NCBI RefSeq assembly: GCF_006345805.1
Contig: NW_021825347.1
Coordinates: 1-15,786 of the forward strand
Reading direction: 5' to 3'
Origin: Octopus sinensis
Lineage: Eukaryota
Length of the DNA stretch: 15,786 nt
Shown: one piece after another, positions 8,837-15,786 of the stretch
Position numbering within the stretch: the first letter of the stretch is position 1
Layout: the number at the start of each line of letters is the position of its first letter
The notes under the pieces: generated by a model
Database searches by the model: none
Told to the model about the DNA's origin: nothing
Seen by the model: only the letters and a program-made list of their open reading frames with translations
Program-made: the position numbers and the translations under genes

Positions 8837-9332
8837 GCATTTCTTTCCCTCCGAATTGGTCATCGTGGTCTTGCTTCTTTCACTGTTTGGGACGACAGAA
8901 AACTTAGTTGAAACAACATTTGTTTCATCTATTTTGGGATCTCGAATAAAAAAAATAAGAGATAAAAAAAATATTTTAAAAAAAAGTAAAAACGCAATAC
9001 AGGAAAGCAATGATGACTAAAATTCCAAGTTTGAACAAGAGATCTTTATTTGAAATTCCTTTTCACTTGTTTTGGTTTTTTTATTTTTTTTTACTGTTGC
9101 ATCTTTTATATATTTCTTTTTTTCACTTATTGATAATAAGATATTTTAGCTGCTCATCTTGTGAAATTAATTATATATATATATATATATATAATATATA
9201 TAATATATATATATATATCTTTCTATGAGTGTATGTTCTGTGTATTTGGGTGCGTTGAGATATTTGAATACAAATTGGGTACGTTTGTATGTTCACGCAA
9301 ATTCACACGTATACGCACACAAACACATCTAC

Positions 9333-9337
<5 letters not shown>

Positions 9338-9421
<84 letters not shown>

Positions 9422-9552
9422 TACAGACACATTAATAGATAGATGGACAAACTGACAGATACATATATCTATATATGTATATATATATAGATGGATAGAC
9501 AAATCGACAGACAGACAGACAGATAGATAGATAGAGAGAGAGAGAGGTAGAT

Positions 9553-9634
<82 letters not shown>

Positions 9635-9674
9635 TGAGACATAAGAATTAGCAGATACTAAGCAAACACGTGTG

Positions 9675-9714
<40 letters not shown>

Positions 9715-10238
9715 TATATATGTACATACACATATATATATTTACATACACATACAGATATATATTTACATACACTTACATAGGGCCTTAAGTACATGTG
9801 TTAATGGTGCATTAGGTAAAATGAACATACATACTTTTGTGTGTGTGAGTGTGTGTGTCTGTGTGTCTGTCTGTCTACAAATATTTGTGTAGGTGTAGCT
9901 CTAATGAAAATAAGGCTAGATTGTGTAAAGTTACTCACAGATGTATGTTTATGTATAGATATGTGTATATATGTGTATATGTATGTATGTGCGAGTATGT
10001 GTGTATTTACATTTGTAACAGAGACAGACAGACAGACAGACAGAGAGAGGGTGTGTGGGAATTTGTGTATGTGTACGTGTGTGAGTGTATGTTTGTGAGT
10101 GAGTGTTGTATGTAGATGTGTATGGGAGAGAGAGAGAAAGAGAGAATACGGGGGGAGGAAGAAAATGAAAGTGATAGCCAGACAGACAGTCAGACAGTCT
10201 GCTTGTGTGTTCGGGTGGACATCTATTTGTATGTATAG

Positions 10239-10303
<65 letters not shown>

Positions 10304-10320
10304 CGTGTGTGTGTGTGTAT
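9338..10320. repeat. Compound (GATA)n/(GACA)n, (TA/CA)n and (GT)n microsatellite field
   Basis: GATA/GACA at 9338-9636, TA/CA at 9670-9780, and GT-rich sequence to 10320. Confidence 0.92.
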
Positions 10321-10844
10321 TGAGACTCAAGTACCCGTCTAAAGTGAATTGAAGGTTAATAGATAATATCTCGCAAGAAAATCGAGCAATAAATTTAATT
10401 GAGAATTTGTCCCATATTGCAACCTCTGGTAAATTAAAACCTACACAAAAATCTCATTCATGAGATTCTACTGAATAGGACAGTCAACTAGTTCAGATCA
10501 TGAAAATACTCGAAACTTTCTCACCGAGATGACTTGTTTTATTTAGAAGATTTTTCATTTGAAAAACCTATTTCACGGTCAACTGAGTCCGAGATGCAAA
10601 TCCCGTTTAATGGATCTGGCATCCATCGGGGTTTTTAGTTAAAACACTTAAAAGAAGGACAAGCCAGAGCAAGCTTGAAGCTGTCTTCTGTATTTGGGGG
10701 GAAATTTGTAATGGCTCTTGTGTAGAAACGGCTCTCAACTACTTCTGCTATCAACAATTTCATCTTCGTATATATAGAGAAAAGATGGCTACATTGAGAG
10801 AACAGACAGTCAGACCGATGGAGAGAAAAGACAGGCTAATAGCT

Positions 10845-10927
10845 AGATAAACGGGTAGACAAACAGACTCACAAATAAACAGATAAACGGGTAGACAGAC
10901 AGACTCACAAATAGACAGATAAACGGT
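10845..10927 (+). repeat. 36-bp minisatellite, 2.3 copies
   Basis: AGATAAACGGGTAGACA[A/G]ACAGACTCACAAATA[A/G]AC starts at 10845, 10881 and 10917. Confidence 0.9.
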
Positions 10928-10973
10928 AAAGAAACAGTAATAGTGAGAAAAGCAGATAGACAGGCATACATGC

Positions 10974-11072
<99 letters not shown>

Positions 11073-11076
11073 TAGA
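10974..11076. repeat. (GATA)n/(GACA)n microsatellite
   Basis: Directly visible. Confidence 0.95.
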
Positions 11077-11148
11077 TTAGCATGCATATAGTTTGTGTAT
11101 TACATATTATATGTATAGTGTGACGATGACGTAGCTGGCCGAAACTTC

Positions 11149-11441
11149 TCACAAATGCTTTGTCGATACAACTTTGACATTGCATTCTGAATTGAAATCG
11201 AGATCATTTTTGCCTGTCTTCCCTCCGGTGTCGAGAAATAAAGGATCAATCAAATACTGGCGTCGGTTTTCTCTTTCACTCTCTTTCTTTTCCCAACTTT
11301 TTTCCCTGCTCTCAGAATCGGCTGCGCTGCGTGGTGAGAGGGTTCGTGGAGAATCACTCACAATGCCCTCATCGACCATGGAGTGGAAGAAAGCCGAATT
11401 TGAGGTGAACGACTTTTTCTGACGTAGTAAGCAACAAGAAT
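11149..11441 (-). CDS. Candidate coding exon of an unidentified host gene (K/E/S/R-rich); boundaries and strand uncertain
   Basis: Unique, CpG-containing sequence with one minus frame open throughout (SCCLLRQKKSFTSNSAFFHSMVDEGIVSDSPRTLSPRSAADSESREKSWEKKESERENRRQYLIDPLFLDTGG...VVSTKHL*). CAG acceptors precede 11441 and 11418; possible donors are GTGAGT at 11361 and GTGAGA at ~11152. No recognisable homology. Confidence 0.3.
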
Positions 11442-11496
11442 CTGTCCAAGGAATCCATGAAGCGTGTTTGAGTGTGGACGAAATGATATATTGTAT

Positions 11497-11758
11497 AAAT
11501 AAATAATAAATGCGCCCTATTAAAGCTTATCCTGGCTCATGGGCACGGTTTCCCGGTTTCTATGGCATATGTGTTCCCCAGCTGAACGGGACGCCAGTCC
11601 ATCGCAGTGTTACTCATTTTTGCCAGCTGAATGGACTGGAGCAACGTGAAATGAAGTGTTTTGCTCAAGAACACAACGCGTCGCCCGGTCCAGGAATCGA
11701 AACCACAATCACACGAGCATGATGCTGACACCCTAACCACTAAGCCATGCACCTCCAC
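11497..11758 (-). mobile_element. Full-length tRNA-derived SINE (family A) with 12-bp TSD and (TTTA/TTA) tail
   Basis: Reverse complement of the 4445-type head and body. TSD GATATATTGTAT (11485-11496) / GATGTATTGTAT (11759-11770), 1 mismatch. The minus-strand tail is CATTTATTATTTATTT. Confidence 0.92.
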
Positions 11759-11921
11759 GATGTATTGTATGGCTCCGAAATATTTCTCAAAAACAATTTT
11801 TCTTTTTCTTTTTTTACTTTTTGTCTATATTTTCACATAAAAGCCTTTCACCTGATTCACAACAGATGTTACAAAAAATGCATTGCAGTTGTTAATTAAC
11901 CACTGAAATATGTGTGTGTAT

Positions 11922-12332
11922 GGCGGAGCTGGCAGAAACGTTAACACGCCGGGCGAAATGCGTAGCTGTATTTCGTCTGACATTACGTTCTGAGTTCAAA
12001 TTCCGCCGAGGTCGACTTTGCCTTTCATCCTTTCGGGGTCGATTAAATAAGTACCAGTTACGCACTGGGGTCGATATAATCGACTTAATCCGTTTGTCTG
12101 TCCTTGTTTGTCCTCTGTGTTTAACCTCTTGTGGGTAGTAAAGAAATAGGTATTTCGTCTGCCGTTACGTTCTGAGTTCAAATTCCGCCGAGGTCGACTT
12201 TGCTTTTCATCCTTTCAGGGTCGATAAATTAGGTACCAGTTAATCACTGGGGTCAATGTAATCGACTTAATCCCCTTGTCTGTCGTTGTTTGTCCCCTCT
12301 ATGTTTAGCCACCTGTGGGCAATAAAGAAATA
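11922..12332 (+). mobile_element. tRNA-derived SINE (family C) with a tandemly duplicated 182-bp body and 16-bp TSD
   Basis: Head GGCGGAGCTGGCAGAAACG. The body GTATTTCGTCTG...GAGTTCAAATTCC...TAAAGAAATA starts at 11968 and again at 12150. TSD AAATATGTGTGTGTAT (11906-11921) / AAATATGTGTTTGTAT (12333-12348). Confidence 0.9.
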
Positions 12333-12334
12333 AA

Positions 12335-12379
12335 ATATGTGTTTGTATGTATGCATATGTGTGTGTATGTATATGTGTG

Positions 12380-12420
<41 letters not shown>

Positions 12421-12444
12421 ATCTATGTTTATATGTATATATAT

Positions 12445-12477
<33 letters not shown>

Positions 12478-12550
12478 CATTTATAATACATGTATATGTA
12501 TACATATATGTGTAACTGTGTTTGTATGTGTGTGTGTGTGTGTGTGTGTA
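12335..12550. repeat. (TG)n/(TA)n microsatellite
   Basis: Directly visible. Confidence 0.93.
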
Positions 12551-12586
12551 CGATGTGCCGGAAGTCGATTAATTAATGAGTATGCA

Positions 12587-12631
12587 CATTATTTGCTAAT
12601 GAGCCGCAAAGCCGTTCATTAGCAAATAATG
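12587..12631. repeat. Perfect 16-bp inverted repeat with 13-nt spacer
   Basis: CATTATTTGCTAATGA (12587-12602) is the reverse complement of TCATTAGCAAATAATG (12616-12631). Confidence 0.95.
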
Positions 12632-12665
12632 GTAAAACGTATTCTGTTCTTAAATTGCTTTCTTA

Positions 12666-12815
12666 GTGGCGAATTGGCAAAATCGTTAAAGATCATGTTT
12701 GCCTTTCATCCTTTCGGAAATAGTATAATATAATACAAACCAAATACTAACTTGACTATATCTACGTACCCTCCCCACTCCCACTCAGATTTGTTGGCCT
12801 TGTACTTAAATTGGT
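12666..12815 (+). mobile_element. Degraded, internally deleted family C SINE
   Basis: Head GTGGCGAATTGGCAAAATCGTTAA is joined directly to TTTGCCTTTCATCCTTTCGG, which is identical to the motif at ~12017-12036. Confidence 0.7.
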
Positions 12816-13147
12816 AAGAATTATAAGCTGTGACATACAAGACAAGCCCTAGACAAGCTTTAGCATGCTTAGGAACTTAGGAAAGCGGACAGGACAAGGA
12901 ACTGCTGTGGACATTGCGTTTCGTCTAATGTTTGACCTCATCGATATAGCATTATCCTTTCAATCACTCCGAAAATACTTTTACAATGTAATATATACGA
13001 AACAGAGTTTAGTACATCCTTGGCTAAAGGCAAATTTGCATAACAAATTCAACTTGATCATTTGATGGAGATTGTAAATACATATGGTGTTTCCTTTTTG
13101 GTGTATCTCTTTTCAATTTTACACGTTTAAAGCTTAGAAGCCTTGAT

Positions 13148-13420
13148 TTACAATTGGATGCACTTGGCATTATTCAAGTTACCGTCAATTTTAACCAACT
13201 TCCTTGAACCGTCACTTTTATGTATCCCCAAAGCATCGAACTCTTACCCCCAAACTTCACTGTTTTTGTCGTGTAACGTGGGTCGTTTCGCTTTCTAATA
13301 AGCGAGAATTTATCAGAAGACCTCCAGGAAAAAAAGCTGAGTAGAGAAATAACAGATGCGAATTCCATCCAGATGCGAGACCCAACAGCCAGATCCGAGG
13401 ACAATAAATGGTTTGTTATT
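13148..13420 (-). pseudogene. Decayed Tc1-family (IS630-Tc1-mariner) transposase fragment
   Basis: The minus strand gives ASVI(F)S...DPRYTTKTVKFGGKSSMLWGYIK, a frameshift, then DGSRKLVKIDGNLNNAKCIQL*. This matches Tc1 catalytic-domain motifs (VIFSDE; TVKxGGxSxMxWG; LxxIDGxLN). No TIRs seen. Confidence 0.85.
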
Positions 13421-13639
13421 TCTCAACTTACCTCTTTATCAATTTAAGATCTTGCAAACAATTATGGTTTCTGATCACAGTGAGACTAAAACTTTAGTAC
13501 CCACTGATTGACAAACCAGACACGTCTTAGCTTCTTGTCAAAGACTCTATCACTTGATTTGAATACCTTTATGTAATGGTGCGGGTTTTTTTATTTTCAG
13601 TTTTTTCATATGGTCCTTATCACATTCAAGTCAATCATA

Positions 13640-13760
13640 GGCGTAGGCATACACCAAGCGTAGTTGTGTGGTAAGTTTGCATTCCATCCATATGGTTCCA
13701 GGTTCAGACGAAAACCTTGTGATTGGATTTAGTAGATGGAAAAATCAAAAACGCTTGTCG
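13640..13760 (+). mobile_element. 5' half of degraded family B SINE
   Basis: GGCGTAGG...GTTGTGTGGTAAG...CCATATGGTTCCAGGTTCAGAC...CCTTGTGATTGGATTTAGTAGATGGAAA...GTCG, then (TA)n. Confidence 0.8.
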
Positions 13761-13810
13761 TATATATATATATCGATATATATATATATATATTATTATA
13801 TATATATATA

Positions 13811-14058
13811 ACCATTTTTGACATCACTGCTTATAACGGAATATTTTAAAGAAACACTCATTATCGCTATGGCTCCGTGTGAGCAGTCATCTAAAAGTTT
13901 TTGTGCATCTTGATGCTGCTGACATAAGTTCCTTGTTCTTCTGATGAGAAGGCGGCATAATGCACCCCTTATTCCTTCGAAATTAGGAATATGCAGCCTT
14001 CGAAACATATGTCGAAAATAAAGGAATTTGTGTAATTCGTCGTTCAACTCCATTCTCT
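13811..14058 (+). mobile_element. Hammerhead-containing insert, putative Penelope-like pLTR or non-LTR retrozyme unit
   Basis: About 250 bp of complex sequence bounded on both sides by (TA)n, lying between the two halves of a family B SINE. It carries a type I HHR followed by AATAAA. No RT or GIY-YIG coding seen. Confidence 0.65.
13929..14026 (+). ncRNA. Type I hammerhead ribozyme
   Basis: CUGAUGA at 13941-13947; helix II GAAGGC (13948-53) / GCCUUC (13996-14001); GAAA at 14002-14005; palindromic helix III ACAUAUGU at 14005-14012; cleavage triplet GUC at 14011-14013. Helix I pairs UUCCUUGUUCUU (13929-40) with GAAAAUAAAGGAA (14014-26), with 1 mismatch, 1 bulge and 2 GU pairs. Confidence 0.88.
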
Positions 14059-14081
14059 TATATATATATATATATTATATA

Positions 14082-14163
<82 letters not shown>

Positions 14164-14172
14164 ATATATATG
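14059..14172. repeat. (TA)n microsatellite
   Basis: Directly visible. Confidence 0.95.
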
Positions 14173-14179
14173 AATTTAT

Positions 14180-14380
14180 GCGTATGGGTGTCTGTTGTTT
14201 GGGCTTGCCCCTACTACCGCTACATAAACGTAACTTAGCGATTTTGCAAAAGGAGGTCGATATAAAAGTACCAAGCTTTAAAAAAAATAAGAACTGGGGT
14301 CAATTTATTGTACTAGACCTTTCAAGGTGGTGCCCCAGTTTGACTCCAGTCCATTGACAGAAACGGGTAAAATTTAAAAG
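14180..14380 (+). mobile_element. 3' half of degraded family B SINE
   Basis: GTAACTTAGCG...AAGTACCAAGCTT...ATAAGAACTGGGGTCAATTT...TTCAAGGTGGTGCCCCAG...GACAGAAACGGGTAAAA is colinear with 7270-7415 and 8010-8150. Confidence 0.8.
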
Positions 14381-14444
14381 ATTAACTAATGATTCTGTCT
14401 CCTCGATCTGAGCGAGTGTTTATTGTTTATTAATTAAAATTCTT

Positions 14445-14970
14445 GGCTCTCTCCTCTTTCTCTCCCTTCTCTCCCTCTCTCTCCTCTCTCCTCTTCCTCT
14501 CTCTTTCCCTTCTCTCTCTCTCTCTCTGCAAAAATGTGTTAAGACCGACTTAACTGCCCAAAATATAGATTACAGTAAGTGATAAAAACTCCGACGGTTA
14601 AATGTTCAACAATTATGGCCTGGTTTACTCTAATTTTTGAACGTGTCACACTTTGGTTCTCACGCATATCGTTTCGTCATTTTTTATACGGTATATGCTT
14701 AATAACGGACAAAGCGTTGTGTGTCCATATGTTTGTGTGTGTATATGTGTGTATGTATGTATACATGTATATATGTATGTACGTAGGCATGCATGTATAT
14801 ACGTATGTATGTATGTTTGTATGCATATATGCATGTATGCTTGAAAGGATGTATATATGTAGGCATGTATGTATGTATGTATGTATGTATGTATGTATGT
14901 ATGCATGTGTGTGTGTATGTATGTGTGTGTGAGAATTATAGAGAATATATATATATATATATATGTGTAT
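14445..14970. repeat. (CT)n tract (14445-14528) and (TATG)n/(TG)n/(TA)n tract (14728-14970)
   Basis: Directly visible; unique sequence lies between the two tracts. Confidence 0.9.
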
Positions 14971-14974
14971 ATAA

Positions 14975-15433
14975 TATTCTTATATTTGTTTCAGTCATTT
15001 GACTGCGGCCATACCGGAGCACCGCCTTTGATCGAACAAATTGACCCCAGGACTTATTCTTTGTAAACCCAGTACTCATTCTATCAGTGTTTTGCCGAAC
15101 CGCTACGTTACGCGGACGTAAACACACCAGCATCGGTTGTCAAGCGATTGTGGGGGACAAACACAGACACACCAACATACACCCACACTCAAACACACAA
15201 ACACACACACACACACACCACACAATATATATATTATATATTAATATATATATATATATATATAGATATAATATATATATATATATACACGGTCTTTCAC
15301 TCACAAAGTTTTTGGCGGTCCGATGTTGATAGTAGAAGACCCTTGCCCAAGGTGCCACATAGTAGGACGGAACTTCGGAACCATATGGTTGGGAATGAAG
15401 CTTCTTACCACACAGCCACTCCCACGCCTCCAC
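14975..15433 (-). mobile_element. Full-length family B composite SINE
   Basis: Reverse complement of 7748-8160. Head GGAGGCGTGGGAGTGGCTGTGTGGTAAG, GGCACCTTGGGCAAG, central TA/TG, tail GACTGAAACAAATATAAGAATA. Confidence 0.9.
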
Positions 15434-15500
15434 ATTGTCACTCATACGTCTCCACATTGCCACTCATGCGCCTCCACAATGCCCCTTCTGCGCCTCCACG
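15415..15500 (-). repeat. Four tandem 22-bp copies of the SINE 5' end
   Basis: GCCACTCATGCGCCTCCACATT-like units start at 15415, 15437, 15459 and 15481. Confidence 0.88.
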
Positions 15501-15576
15501 AATGCACGTGTGTGTGCATGCATCCATGAATTCACACTTGCGCTCGTGTATTCAAAGATGCATTTATAAATGTATG

Positions 15577-15577
<1 letters not shown>

Positions 15578-15640
<63 letters not shown>

Positions 15641-15738
15641 TAGATAGATAGATAGATAGATAGATGATAGATAGATAGATAGAAGATAGATAGATAGATA
15701 GACGACAGACAGACAGACAGACAGACAGATAGATAGAT

Positions 15739-15785
<47 letters not shown>

Positions 15786-15786
15786 G
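15578..15786. repeat. (GACA)n/(GATA)n microsatellite
   Basis: Directly visible; it runs to the window end. Confidence 0.97.

Noticed and set aside
11120-11146. GTGACGATG...CCGAAAC, resembling a minimal PLE hammerhead
   Set aside because: The invariant first C of the core is G, there is no helix II pairing, and no helix III/GUH follows.
13796-14053. 85-aa minus-strand ORF overlapping the ribozyme
   Set aside because: It is antisense to a fully explained RNA structure, runs into (TA)n, and has no recognisable motif or splice context.

Overview
AT-rich, microsatellite-dense eukaryotic DNA. I recognise the SINE families from memory as coleoid cephalopod, most likely Octopus; this was not confirmed by a search. 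Almost all ORFs in the supplied track are artefacts of simple repeats or SINEs. The window contains about 11 copies or fragments of tRNA-derived SINEs from 3-4 families (three with visible TSDs), a 7-unit ~137-bp tandem array grown inside a dispersed repeat, a decayed RTE-type LINE fragment, a decayed Tc1 transposase fragment and one ambiguous candidate exon region (~11150-11440). The best finding is an intact type I hammerhead ribozyme (core 13941-14013) with a palindromic helix III and a branched helix II. It lies in a ~250-bp Penelope-like/retrozyme-like insert that sits inside the (TA)n tract of a SINE. The second is an unclassified 508-bp element (5591-6098): 1.4 copies of a 353-nt structured monomer, flanked by a 12-bp TSD, with a 3' tail complementary to an internal segment.
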